Source: a candidate division WOR-3 bacterium | GTDB lineage: Bacteria > SDB-A | Assembly: GCA_016934535.1 (NCBI GenBank) | Contig: JAFGSQ010000034.1 | Location: 1 to 46,491, forward strand | Length of the DNA stretch: 46,491 nucleotides | Direction: 5' to 3' | In this document: piece by piece, positions 19,899 to 29,320 of the stretch | How positions within the stretch are numbered: the first letter of the stretch is position 1 | Layout of the letters: every line of letters starts with the position of its first letter | Notes under the pieces: model-generated | Seen by the model: only the letters and a program-made list of their open reading frames with translations | The model's database searches: none | What the model was told of the DNA's origin: nothing | Program-made: the position numbers and the translations under genes

Positions 19899-21020
19899 AT
19901 GAAAAAAATACCTTTTCTCGATTTGAAAACTCAATACGACAGTATAAAAGAAGAAATTGACGACGCGGTTTATTCCGTCATAAAAGATACGGCATTTGTC
20001 GGCGGTAAATATGTGGAAGATTTCGAAAATAATTTTGCTGTTTACACGAATAGAAAATACGCGACAGGAACTGCTAACGGAACGGCGGCTCTTTTTATGG
20101 CTCTGAAAAGCGCGGGTATCGGTAAAGGCGACAAAGTCGTCGTTCCCGCAATGACTTTCGTTGCGACTTCCGAATCCGTGACGTGGTCTGGGGCGGATGT
20201 AATTTTCACTGATGTCAGAAAAGACGATCTGCTCATCGATGTAGAAAAGATAGATACGAAGAAAAAATTAAAGGGCGTAATACCTGTTGATCTGTACGGA
20301 AAAATGGTCGCGCCTGACGAGTTGACCGGATTCGCTTCGGACAACGGCCTGAAGTTAATTTGGGATTGTTGTCAAAGTCACGGCGCTAAAATTGTCGCCG
20401 GCGGTAAAGAATACAAGTCGGGTCAATCAGGGGAATCGGCATGTTTCAGTTTTTATCCCGGAAAGAACCTTGGCGCTTACGGAGACGCCGGAGCTGTGGT
20501 CACGAACTCTGATTCCGCCGAATCATTCATAAGAAGCCTGTGCAACCACGGCAGGGAAGGCAAATACAATCATTCGATCGAGGGATTCAACGAAAGACTC
20601 GACGGGATGCAGGCGGCTATACTGAACGTTAAGCTCGGATATCTCGATAAATGGAACGAACAAAGAAGACGTGCGGCTCAAACCTATAAAAAGAGACTTG
20701 ACCCTATCGGAGTGTGGACTCAATCGATGAGGGATGGAGATTTACCGGTTTACCACCTTTTCGTCATACAACACTCAAAGAGGGACGAACTCGCCGGAGA
20801 ACTTGCAGAAAAAGGAATATCCACGGGAATTCATTATCCGTCGGCCTTGCACCTGTTGAAAGCATACAAACATCTTGGGTACAATGAAGGCGATTTTCCC
20901 GTAGCTGAAAATGCGGCGAAAAAAATTCTTTCCCTGCCGATTTATCCTGAACTGAGTGACAACGACATACACCGTGTTTGCGACGAAATTGAAAAGTTCT
21001 GTTCCAAAAACGGATTGTGA
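19899..21020 (+). CDS. DegT/DnrJ/EryC1/StrS family sugar aminotransferase
   Basis: IPFLDL, NGTAAL, SFYPGKNLGAYGDAG, N.RLD..QAA.L, LSLPIYP; RBS GGAGG before ATG 19899. Confidence 0.92.
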   Translation: MKKIPFLDLKTQYDSIKEEIDDAVYSVIKDTAFVGGKYVEDFENNFAVYTNRKYATGTANGTAALFMALKSAGIGKGDKVVVPAMTFVATSESVTWSGADVIFTDVRKDDLLIDVEKIDTKKKLKGVIPVDLYGKMVAPDELTGFASDNGLKLIWDCCQSHGAKIVAGGKEYKSGQSGESACFSFYPGKNLGAYGDAGAVVTNSDSAESFIRSLCNHGREGKYNHSIEGFNERLDGMQAAILNVKLGYLDKWNEQRRRAAQTYKKRLDPIGVWTQSMRDGDLPVYHLFVIQHSKRDELAGELAEKGISTGIHYPSALHLLKAYKHLGYNEGDFPVAENAAKKILSLPIYPELSDNDIHRVCDEIEKFCSKNGL

Positions 21021-21076
21021 AATTCTGTGCTAATATTTTTGTTATAAACTTTTTGATTTTGAGGTAAAATACATTT

Positions 21077-22231
21077 GTGAGATATTTAGCAATTTACTTT
21101 TTGTTCTTTACATTGATTTCTCTTGATCTAAACTCTTCAGGTTTCCAGATTTACAGAGAACCCACGCGGGATAAACTTTCATTCATCACTTTTTTCCGGG
21201 TAAGCGCAAACGATTTGATTTTTACAAGAGAAGATTCCATTTACAGATCGACATACAGACTTGTCGTCGAAGTATTCGACGAAAAAGGAGAAGTGATCCA
21301 TGGAGAAATCACCAGGAGAGGATGGACTCTGCAGGATTACTTGAAAACACTTATGCGTTCAGTGACAGATGAATACGTTTTCTCATTCTATGTAAATGAT
21401 TTCACCAAAGGGAAAATCGGAATAACTTTGTCCGACATCAATTCTTCCGCGAGAATGCAGTATTTTGTGAATCTCGACAAACCCGTCCGCAGTGTAGGCG
21501 AGTTGATTCTCATGAAAAACGACACAGTGATTTTCGGAGATTTGCTCGGAATCGGAGAAGAAGTGACGGTTTACGGCTCTTCGACATTTTTACCGTGTTC
21601 TTTCTCGTTGAAAAAAAACGGATTCACCGTCGAAACATACGAGGCAGAACAGGTTGAATTTCAAGGTATAGATGTTTTTAAATGCAGTATGAGAATCCCT
21701 GCCGACACCGGATTTTATGTAATTTCACTTTATAACGACGAGGACACCTCCTCGAGAACTTTGAGGGTGATAGACAGGATACATACTGACTCCGTGAGAA
21801 CGGAAAAATTGGTTGAAGAAATGGTCTTTGCCCTGCCGCCTGATGAATTTAGAAGAATTAGATCCAGAAACATAGAGGCGAAAATGAGTTTTCTGATAGA
21901 TTTCTGGAACGGGCATGATCCGACACCGTCCACCGAAAGAAACGAAGTCATGGAGACTTATTACAGGAGAATCGAATACGCCGACGAAAGATTTGTCGAA
22001 GGCGGAAAAGGATGGAAAACGGACAGAGGGAAAATTTACGTCCTGCTCGGATTGCCTGACGAGATTGAAGATTATTCATTTGCCCTTGAAAGCCGGCCCT
22101 TTCAGATATGGTATTATTATTCGAGAGGAATGAAATTTACTTTCGTAGACGAGCATTTAATTGGAAATTATAAACTAACAGAACCCAGGGGGTGGCTCGA
22201 TGTTTGGCGCAGTTATTTTGACTATAATTAG
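21077..22231 (+). CDS. GWxTD domain-containing exported protein
   Basis: Signal peptide; FW..HDPTP.T.RNE...YY.RI.YA..F, GWKTDRG.IY...G.PD. Confidence 0.9.
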   Translation: MRYLAIYFLFFTLISLDLNSSGFQIYREPTRDKLSFITFFRVSANDLIFTREDSIYRSTYRLVVEVFDEKGEVIHGEITRRGWTLQDYLKTLMRSVTDEYVFSFYVNDFTKGKIGITLSDINSSARMQYFVNLDKPVRSVGELILMKNDTVIFGDLLGIGEEVTVYGSSTFLPCSFSLKKNGFTVETYEAEQVEFQGIDVFKCSMRIPADTGFYVISLYNDEDTSSRTLRVIDRIHTDSVRTEKLVEEMVFALPPDEFRRIRSRNIEAKMSFLIDFWNGHDPTPSTERNEVMETYYRRIEYADERFVEGGKGWKTDRGKIYVLLGLPDEIEDYSFALESRPFQIWYYYSRGMKFTFVDEHLIGNYKLTEPRGWLDVWRSYFDYN

Positions 22232-23453
22232 CAGTTTACTTGTATCCGAGGGCGACATAAGATTTTATCTTTCTACATCAAGATATCTCGACAACAAAGG
22301 TGCGACTTGGCTTGAAATGTACATAAACGTTCCGTCAAATCCTGCGTTCAACTCAGTAAATCTCGATTTCGAAGTGATTGACAGCAAAGACAGCGTAAGA
22401 CTTTCAACATCATGGCCTATGGACATTCCCACGACTGAATCAAAATATTCCGCAATTGACAATTTTTCCTTCGACTTGTCGGAAACTTACACAGTGAAAA
22501 TCACTTTGACAGAACCTTTTGGCAGTAAAGAAGGACGGATTTCTTTCCGCGCGTCACCTTTGGAAGAAAACGCCGTACTGTCGGATATTCTGTTTTCAAA
22601 CAGCGTCTCAGCTTCATCCGATACCGGCGCACTGATAAAAAACGGTCTTTTGATATATCCTCTGTTCGACAGAGAGATGACTTTAATCAATCCCAAACTC
22701 ATCGTTTATTATGAAGTTTATCCCGATGAATCCAGCGATTCTGTCAGCGTTGTTTCGTCAGTATCCGACTCAGACGGGAATCAAATATGGAAATACACTT
22801 CATTTATAAACGCAGTCGAATCAGACGCTTATGTCGGAAAGGTGATAAATGTTCCCGTGGGAGATTTTAAGGACGGAGAGTACACTTTTAAAATCAATTC
22901 CGGCGGATTTGAAAGGACGGAAAGATTTACTGTCATTTGGGAACCTATTGAGACAACACTTGAAATCGGTGAAATGGAAATGTCTGATGTGGCCAAGGAA
23001 TACTACTTTCAGATTGAAGCTTTGCTCAATGTCAGACAGCTTCAAGTGTTTGAATCGCTCGATGCGGAAGGTAAAAAGAATTTTGCGCAAGTGTTCTGGA
23101 TTTCAAGAGATCCAAACCCCATGACGCCGATTAATGAAGACCTCGAGTTGTTTGCAGAGAGAATGGACTATGTAGACAATCATTTTTCGAGCGGTTTTGA
23201 AGCCGGCTACGAATCGGACAGAGGCAGAATTTACATAAAAAACGGAGGACCGGAAGAAAGGATAATCGTACCGGCGGACGACCATTACGTGCCGAATGAA
23301 ATCTGGGTTTATTGGAGGTACGGATGGAAATACATTTTTGCAGACATTTCAGGCCACGGGCTTTATGAGCTGATCTATTCCAATGATCCCAACGAAACCA
23401 ACCATCCTAACTGGGAAAGGTATACGAGTGAGAATCTCGGAGATGTTTGGTGA
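22200..23453 (+). CDS. Second GWxTD-family protein (variant motif GYESDRG)
   Basis: FWISRDPNP.T..NE, GYESDRGRIYIKNGGPE, EIWVY. Confidence 0.85.
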   Translation: MFGAVILTIISSLLVSEGDIRFYLSTSRYLDNKGATWLEMYINVPSNPAFNSVNLDFEVIDSKDSVRLSTSWPMDIPTTESKYSAIDNFSFDLSETYTVKITLTEPFGSKEGRISFRASPLEENAVLSDILFSNSVSASSDTGALIKNGLLIYPLFDREMTLINPKLIVYYEVYPDESSDSVSVVSSVSDSDGNQIWKYTSFINAVESDAYVGKVINVPVGDFKDGEYTFKINSGGFERTERFTVIWEPIETTLEIGEMEMSDVAKEYYFQIEALLNVRQLQVFESLDAEGKKNFAQVFWISRDPNPMTPINEDLELFAERMDYVDNHFSSGFEAGYESDRGRIYIKNGGPEERIIVPADDHYVPNEIWVYWRYGWKYIFADISGHGLYELIYSNDPNETNHPNWERYTSENLGDVW

Positions 23454-25024
23454 GAGAAAAAATAATAGTTGTCGGCTCTGGACTCGCCGGACTCTATTTT
23501 GCGCTCGAAATCAGCAGAAAATATGACGTCCTCATTCTGACAAAAAAAGAGGGCATTGACGCAAATACAAATTACGCCCAAGGCGGTATTGCTGCTGTCC
23601 ACGGCAAAGACGACGCTTTTGACATCCATTTCGAAGACACGGTGAGAGTCGGGGAAGGCTTGTGCCGTGAAGATGCGCTCAAAATCATGGTCGAAGAAGG
23701 ACCTGGCCTTGTCAGAAAACTGTTTTCACTTGGCGTGGAATTTTCCCAGACCGACGGATCTCCGGACCTCTGGCTGGAAGGAGGGCATTCGAGAAGAAGG
23801 ATCTGGCACGCGAAAGACAGTACCGGGAACGCAATAGAAAAAACGCTGATCTCGCTTGTAAAAAGCGACGAACACATCGAACTCAGGGAAAAAACGATGG
23901 TTTTCGACCTTATTATCGAAGAGGGAATATGCAGAGGGGTAAAGGTCCTCGATAATGAGGGAAAAAGACTGAAGGATGAAAGAGCGTGCGCCGTCATGAT
24001 GGCTTCGGGCGGCATCGGACAGGTGTTTGAGTTCACTACTAATCCGAAAATAGCGACAGGAGACGGCATCGCCATGGCTTTCAGGGCGGGAGCAACGATA
24101 TGCAACATGGAATTCATTCAGTTTCACCCCACAAGCCTTTACGAAGAAAACAGACCGGACGACATGAAATCTTTTCTTATATCCGAGGCCGTGAGAGGTG
24201 AAGGAGCAGTTATCAAGTCCATATCCGGCGATGAGATAATGAAAAATGTTCACAAACTCGGATCCCTGGCTCCAAGAGATGTTGTCGCCAGAGCAATTCA
24301 AGCGCACATGTTTGAAACCGGAGATAAACACGTCTTGCTCGACTTTTCGAATATCCCCGGAGAACGTTTTAAATCCAAATTTCCTCTCATTAACTATGAA
24401 TGCATTAAAAGGAATGTGGACCTGTCAAAAAAAGTTATACCCGTCGTACCGGCGGCTCATTATGTCTGTGGAGGAATAAAAATTGACCTGGACGGCAGAA
24501 CGGATATTCCGGCCCTGTTCGCGTCAGGTGAGGCGGCTTATTCAGGCGTTCACGGTGCGAACCGACTGGCATCGAATTCACTTCTCGAAGCGCTCGTTTT
24601 TTCAAACAGGGCGGCCAAACAGCTGCTTAATGGAAACAACAGCGTTAAGGAACCCGAATCCGGTCCGGTAATGAATTTAACCTGTTCATTGGGCGATAAG
24701 GAGGCTGAAGCAGTAAAAACCAAACTTCAGAAAATAATGTGGGAAAACTGCGGCATTGTCCGTCGACAGGAAAAACTTGACGAAGCTCTCGCAGAACTGA
24801 ACGCGATAAAATCAACTCTTAAACCTGAAGATTCGGTTTTTACAGTGGGTGGGGCCGAACTTACAAATATGTTTATCGTTTCTGAGCTGATAGCATACTC
24901 AGCTTCTTTGAGAAAGGAATCAAGAGGCTTGCATTACAGAAAAGATTGGCCGAATGCGAGAGAAATTTTTTCTCGCGACACAGAGTTGTCAATCAGAAAG
25001 GAGGAAAAATGGATGTCTCCGTAA
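23447..25024 (+). CDS. nadB: L-aspartate oxidase
   Basis: GSGLAG, YAQGGIA, EGGHSRRRI.H, MEFIQFHPT, LISEAVRGEG, PAAHY.CGG, HGANRLASNSLLE, ESRGLHY. Confidence 0.95.
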   Translation: MVREKIIVVGSGLAGLYFALEISRKYDVLILTKKEGIDANTNYAQGGIAAVHGKDDAFDIHFEDTVRVGEGLCREDALKIMVEEGPGLVRKLFSLGVEFSQTDGSPDLWLEGGHSRRRIWHAKDSTGNAIEKTLISLVKSDEHIELREKTMVFDLIIEEGICRGVKVLDNEGKRLKDERACAVMMASGGIGQVFEFTTNPKIATGDGIAMAFRAGATICNMEFIQFHPTSLYEENRPDDMKSFLISEAVRGEGAVIKSISGDEIMKNVHKLGSLAPRDVVARAIQAHMFETGDKHVLLDFSNIPGERFKSKFPLINYECIKRNVDLSKKVIPVVPAAHYVCGGIKIDLDGRTDIPALFASGEAAYSGVHGANRLASNSLLEALVFSNRAAKQLLNGNNSVKEPESGPVMNLTCSLGDKEAEAVKTKLQKIMWENCGIVRRQEKLDEALAELNAIKSTLKPEDSVFTVGGAELTNMFIVSELIAYSASLRKESRGLHYRKDWPNAREIFSRDTELSIRKEEKWMSP

Positions 25025-25326
25025 CGATTAGGAACGAAGAACTCAAAACCGAATACGCTAAGATAAAAGACAAAATGGATTTGAAGATCGACAAACTAAG
25101 CCAGTTCGCGGAGGAAATTCATAATGTTAAATTAGTCGTAGATAAAAGCGGCGTAGACACAGTCGCGGAATTGTCACTGCATTCGAGAGGAAAAGATTTT
25201 TATTCAAAAGCAAAAACAAAATCTTTGAAAGAAAGTTTTAATTCTGCAGTAAGCAAGATGCAGGTTCAGATGAAAAAGGAATACGGCAAATACACTTCGA
25301 GAAGGCATAAGGAAAAAGAAGTCTAA
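25009..25326 (+). CDS. hpf: Ribosome hibernation factor / RaiA-like protein (short form)
   Basis: 105 aa; pattern I..KI.KLSQF, AEL.LH.RG, SF.SAVSKM..Q.KK; RBS AAGGAGG before ATG 25009. Confidence 0.7.
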   Translation: MDVSVTIRNEELKTEYAKIKDKMDLKIDKLSQFAEEIHNVKLVVDKSGVDTVAELSLHSRGKDFYSKAKTKSLKESFNSAVSKMQVQMKKEYGKYTSRRHKEKEV

Positions 25327-25361
25327 AATATTTTAAATGCTCCGAAGCTCCGGCTCCGGAA

Positions 25362-26615
25362 TTAAAATTCGTAGATCACGTCGGCGTAAAAAATCGCGTC
25401 TCTGTAATTTTTTATGTGCGGGTTTCCGGCTACGTATAATTTTAGTGAAGCATCTCCGGTTCCGGCGGAAAATCCTGCTCCGAAGCTGTTTTCGTTTTTT
25501 ATCTTTTCCTGAATGTTTTCGAAGATAAGACAGTCGAAAAAAGCGAATAAATGACCGTTCTTGCCTGTGATGAAACGGGGTTCGAGTATTAGAAGTGATC
25601 CTTTACCTGCTGAAATACTCTCTTTTAAAAAGCCCCTCGGCCCTTTTTCGCCTCCGTACAGTATTCTCAAATCAAGGATGTCGGCGTCGGTCAAAACCGC
25701 TTGAGTTTCAGAAAATACACGGAAAGTAAAAGGCTTTCGGGGAAGGAAAAGTTCTGCTGAAAAAAGACAGGTAAAATCGTAATAATTTCTGTTTTGTGAA
25801 TGTAATCTGCCGTTTTTTATTTCTAAAAGCGCCGCGAATCCGTATACAGGGTTCCTGGGGTAATCTATGCGGTCAAAAAAAGCTCCGGATACGTTCCTGT
25901 ATGTTTCATAACGGTAGGCGGTCGAAGAAAATTCAACATATTCTGCGCCCGTGAAGAGGCCGAAACTGCCGAGGTTGTAAGTGAACTTCGCCTGGCCCGA
26001 GAGCCTGTCTGAAAACTCCTCTCTTCTGACAGACATATATATATCGGCATCTATTGGTTTTGAAAAAAGCCAGTACGTTTTAAGGGTGAATGACCATAGT
26101 GTTTTTTTCTCGTCAGGTTTTTCCCAGTTTACTGAAAGGCTGTGTCCCCTGCCTGCAATATTTTTTATGAGAGCGTAGATCTTTCCTCCGGTTGTTTCAG
26201 TTTCCGCGAGATAAAAAAATGATCCCGAAACGGAGTTCGATCGCCTCATTTTTAGGGGGATGACCAGAGAAGCATACTCAATCCTTCCTCGTGATTCAAG
26301 ATAGGGTATTCCGTCTGTTACGACATACCCCAGCCCATCCAATTTTTCGACGGCTTCAAGAATTTTTTCTGAATCGAAGAGGAATTCTGTTTTTGGAAGA
26401 CCGGTTTCGAGCAGAAGAAAGTTTTCGGAAGTCGAATGACTGCCTGCAAAGACAACTTCCCTCACTGTGACGTAAGGCCCTTCGTCGACTGAAAAAATAA
26501 CTGAAACGCCTCCTTCTTCGAAGGCGATTTCATCCACTTTCACCGAGGCGTATGGCTTGCCGGACAAAAGATAAAACGAGAGTATTTTTCCGGCGGCTGT
26601 CTCTACGTCCTCCAT
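25362..26615 (-). CDS. Omp85/BamA-TamA-like outer membrane protein with POTRA domain; N-terminus probably extends to ATG 26725 through a frameshift
   Basis: POTRA-like SGKPYASV...FSVDEGP...EVVFAG; NIAGRG; GG...PRGF; C-terminal Phe (VIYEF); no signal peptide in this frame. Confidence 0.75.
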   Translation of the reverse strand: MEDVETAAGKILSFYLLSGKPYASVKVDEIAFEEGGVSVIFSVDEGPYVTVREVVFAGSHSTSENFLLLETGLPKTEFLFDSEKILEAVEKLDGLGYVVTDGIPYLESRGRIEYASLVIPLKMRRSNSVSGSFFYLAETETTGGKIYALIKNIAGRGHSLSVNWEKPDEKKTLWSFTLKTYWLFSKPIDADIYMSVRREEFSDRLSGQAKFTYNLGSFGLFTGAEYVEFSSTAYRYETYRNVSGAFFDRIDYPRNPVYGFAALLEIKNGRLHSQNRNYYDFTCLFSAELFLPRKPFTFRVFSETQAVLTDADILDLRILYGGEKGPRGFLKESISAGKGSLLILEPRFITGKNGHLFAFFDCLIFENIQEKIKNENSFGAGFSAGTGDASLKLYVAGNPHIKNYRDAIFYADVIYEF

Positions 26616-26705
26616 TGCCGATATTTGCGAGATGAGGCTGTCTGGAAAAGAAAAAGCGCCTTCGATCTCAATATTTACGAAGGCGCAACAAGAAAAAAAA
26701 ACAAG

Positions 26706-27122
26706 TTAGTTACGTAAAGGAGCATCTTGTCTTACATTTTTTAATTCTATCTCGTGGTTGAATACGAAATACTTGTTGAAAGGAATATCAAGCGCGTCTC
26801 CCAAGAGCCTGCAACTGTCTTTGTAGCTGAATCTGATGGCTACGCTGTCGCCAATCTCGCCGCTTCCTCTGCGTCTTATGATTATGCTGTCGGGAGATAC
26901 GGTTATACCTTTCTCTTTCATGAACTGAACCAATTTTGTTTTGATGACATCATTGTCGTCGTATTTGATCTTTTCGTCGGCTTTCTTTCTGATCTCATAT
27001 TGACGGATGGGAATTCCGATGAATTGAAAACCAATGTAACCGAGTATTATTAATATTAAAAATGTGAGCAGAATCCATTTTTTTGAATATCCGCTTTTGA
27101 AATTCTTTGACGTGTTTTTCAT
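26706..27122 (-). CDS. Small membrane-anchored protein with prepilin-like N-terminus (DUF4845-like by architecture)
   Basis: Basic leader KNFKSG|YS then a single hydrophobic helix and a small soluble domain. Confidence 0.55.
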   Translation of the reverse strand: MKNTSKNFKSGYSKKWILLTFLILIILGYIGFQFIGIPIRQYEIRKKADEKIKYDDNDVIKTKLVQFMKEKGITVSPDSIIIRRRGSGEIGDSVAIRFSYKDSCRLLGDALDIPFNKYFVFNHEIELKNVRQDAPLRN

Positions 27123-27127
27123 AATAA

Positions 27128-28282
27128 TCAGTAAATCTTTTTAAGTCTCGCAGCTTCCCGCAACTGCTGAACGTTGGCGAGTTTCTGCTGAGCTTGTGTT
27201 ACGTAAGAACCTGAAGTGGCGTTTGTGAAATATCCGATGGCTACGTCGCAATTGGCTATGCAGTCGTCCCAATCCTGATTGTTCCAAGCCTCTACGGCGG
27301 CGGCTTGATACTTTGTGCCGACCAAAACGTTGAGATAGCTGTCAGTAGAATACGAGGACAAAGCTTCCTGTGCGAACTGCATCGCGAGAGAGGTCTGACC
27401 GGAATTGTTGAGTAGGCCTATTACTTGTTTGTAGGCTGAAAGACCTCCTCCTTTGCTTATGGCTTCCCTGAAGCGGGAGATGGCTTCGCTGGTTCTTCCG
27501 GCGACGGCGAGGAGAGAACCGAATTCCATCAGCCTTTGAAGAGAAGAATCGGACTGTATAAGAATCTCCATGTGTTCGATCGCTTTGCCGTATTCATGCA
27601 TTCCTTTATAGGCGTCGGCTAACCATGCGTGTATTTCGATTCTGTCGGGATAGGCGATGAGTATCTCTTCGAGAAGGCTTGCCGCGTTTTCGGGACAGCC
27701 GGTTCCGACGTAACATTTAGCCATTCTCTGTTTGAGGGCTATTACAATAGCCGGGTCGTCGGTGAAACCGAGAGCGGTTTCGAGGTACGGCAGTGCTTCG
27801 GAAAATTTGTCTTGTTTGGTCAAAATATCAGCCAATCCGAGAATGGCTGTCGAATTTGTCGAGTCTATCGTGTAAGCTCTTTTGTACATGTTCTCCGATT
27901 CCTCGAAGTTCTCATTTTTGGAAAGATATGATGCGTATTCAATGTAAGTTTCAATTTTATCGGGGAACTCGCTCATCATCGTCTGCCAAATCGAATTTGC
28001 CGCGTCCATTGAATCGAGTTCTTCATAGAGGTTGCCGAGACCGACGTAAGCTTCTGTGTAGTCAGTTGAGCATGAAATCGCTTTTTCGTAAAATTCTATG
28101 GCTTCGGTCCACAATCTGCTGCGCTGGTAATTTATTGCGAGATTGTAGAATTTTTTACATCCGTATTCATCGTCTGATAAAGAGCCTTCAGAACCATTGA
28201 GAACCTGTCCTGTTGTCTGGCACGTTATCACGAAAAACAAAAACAGCGGCAGAAAGCCAGATTTTTTGAATATTTTCACCAT
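27128..28282 (-). CDS. Tetratricopeptide-repeat lipoprotein
   Basis: Lipobox-like VITC; TPR patterns EAIEFYEKAI, AYVGLGNLY, AILGLADIL; RBS GGAGG before ATG 28282. Confidence 0.85.
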   Translation of the reverse strand: MVKIFKKSGFLPLFLFFVITCQTTGQVLNGSEGSLSDDEYGCKKFYNLAINYQRSRLWTEAIEFYEKAISCSTDYTEAYVGLGNLYEELDSMDAANSIWQTMMSEFPDKIETYIEYASYLSKNENFEESENMYKRAYTIDSTNSTAILGLADILTKQDKFSEALPYLETALGFTDDPAIVIALKQRMAKCYVGTGCPENAASLLEEILIAYPDRIEIHAWLADAYKGMHEYGKAIEHMEILIQSDSSLQRLMEFGSLLAVAGRTSEAISRFREAISKGGGLSAYKQVIGLLNNSGQTSLAMQFAQEALSSYSTDSYLNVLVGTKYQAAAVEAWNNQDWDDCIANCDVAIGYFTNATSGSYVTQAQQKLANVQQLREAARLKKIY

Positions 28283-28327
28283 TATTCCTCCGAATCTCCT
28301 TGGCTTGGAATGATTTGTTGATTTCAT

Positions 28328-29212
28328 TTATATTCCGCGAAATATTGAAGGGTCTGTCGCCTGAATATTTTCGGGGGAATAATCATAGGAAGACTTGGCA
28401 ATTTTTCTTGTCGTTACCGGAGTCCTGTTGCGGTCAGGAGAGTGCGCTGATATGAAATATTTTCTGTAAGGATCTGAAGTTATATAACTGAAGCCTTCGA
28501 GAGAAATCGCGTCTTTTATTTCATTTAAAACGGCAGTGTCTTCTATCACGGCTAAAGTGTCAAAAAGCCAAAGGCTGTTATCTCCTTCTTTTTCTTCGTA
28601 AGAGTATGAAGTGAAAGTCAGGTCGTAATCACCCGGAACAAAAGCTATGATTCCGCTGTCTTTGACTGCGAGAAGGTTATCCGGGGTAATATCGTATATG
28701 TGAAAGGGGCGGTCTGTTCCTCCGTCACGAAGTGCTATCAGGAAACTTGTGTCCTTGACGCGGAGAATTGCCGAAAGGTCTTCTGTTTCAACGAAAGAAA
28801 GGGAGGCGTCCAGAGTGTCAATAATGAGATGCCTGTCGGATGTCCTCAGGTAATATACCCATCTTCTCAGCAGGAATTCTTTGTTTTTAAACAGGATGCT
28901 GTCGCTTGATTCGTTGAAAACAAGAGTGTCCTTGATGTAGGACAAATATACGCTTCTGTTTTCGCAGATGACGTAAATTCCGCTGTCATTAACTGTCAGG
29001 CGGGCGTCGTATGTCGCAGACGTGAGATTTTCCGACAGGAAAGGGTAATGACCTCTTACCTGATAGAATTTGTCCATTGTCTGTCTGAGGTTTTTCAAAG
29101 CGAGTTCAGCTCTTTTGATCTTTCCTGAGGCGTCGGCTTCGGATTCAGTTACGCAAGAAAAGGAACTCAAAAGGAGTACAACCGAAAAACAGCATATAAG
29201 ACATTTCTTCAT
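28328..29212 (-). CDS. Hypothetical lipoprotein with a pseudopilin(GspG)-like helix
   Basis: LLLSSFSC lipoprotein-type signal; KIKRAELALKNLRQTMDKFYQVRGHYP; RBS GGAGG. Confidence 0.6.
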   Translation of the reverse strand: MKKCLICCFSVVLLLSSFSCVTESEADASGKIKRAELALKNLRQTMDKFYQVRGHYPFLSENLTSATYDARLTVNDSGIYVICENRSVYLSYIKDTLVFNESSDSILFKNKEFLLRRWVYYLRTSDRHLIIDTLDASLSFVETEDLSAILRVKDTSFLIALRDGGTDRPFHIYDITPDNLLAVKDSGIIAFVPGDYDLTFTSYSYEEKEGDNSLWLFDTLAVIEDTAVLNEIKDAISLEGFSYITSDPYRKYFISAHSPDRNRTPVTTRKIAKSSYDYSPENIQATDPSIFRGI

Positions 29213-29241
29213 GCTACCTCCATATTAATATCAAATATTTT

Positions 29242-29318
29242 TGGTGGAGCTGACGGGATTCGAACCCGTGGCCTATTGACTGCCAGTCAATCGCGCTAGC
29301 CAACTGCGCCACAGCCCC
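29242..29318 (-). tRNA. tRNA-Ala (GGC)
   Basis: GGGGCTG/CAGCTCC acceptor with G3:U70; anticodon arm ATTGA-CT-GGC-AG-TCAAT; GGTTCGAATCC; encoded CCA. Confidence 0.97.
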
Positions 29319-29320
29319 AC

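Noticed and set aside
25338..25360. Three GCTCCG mini-repeats between convergent genes
   Set aside because: Too short and irregular to support a repeat element or CRISPR
29200..29320. tRNA-Ala as an island integration site
   Set aside because: No integrase, no duplicated tRNA 3' end seen, and downstream genes look native in composition
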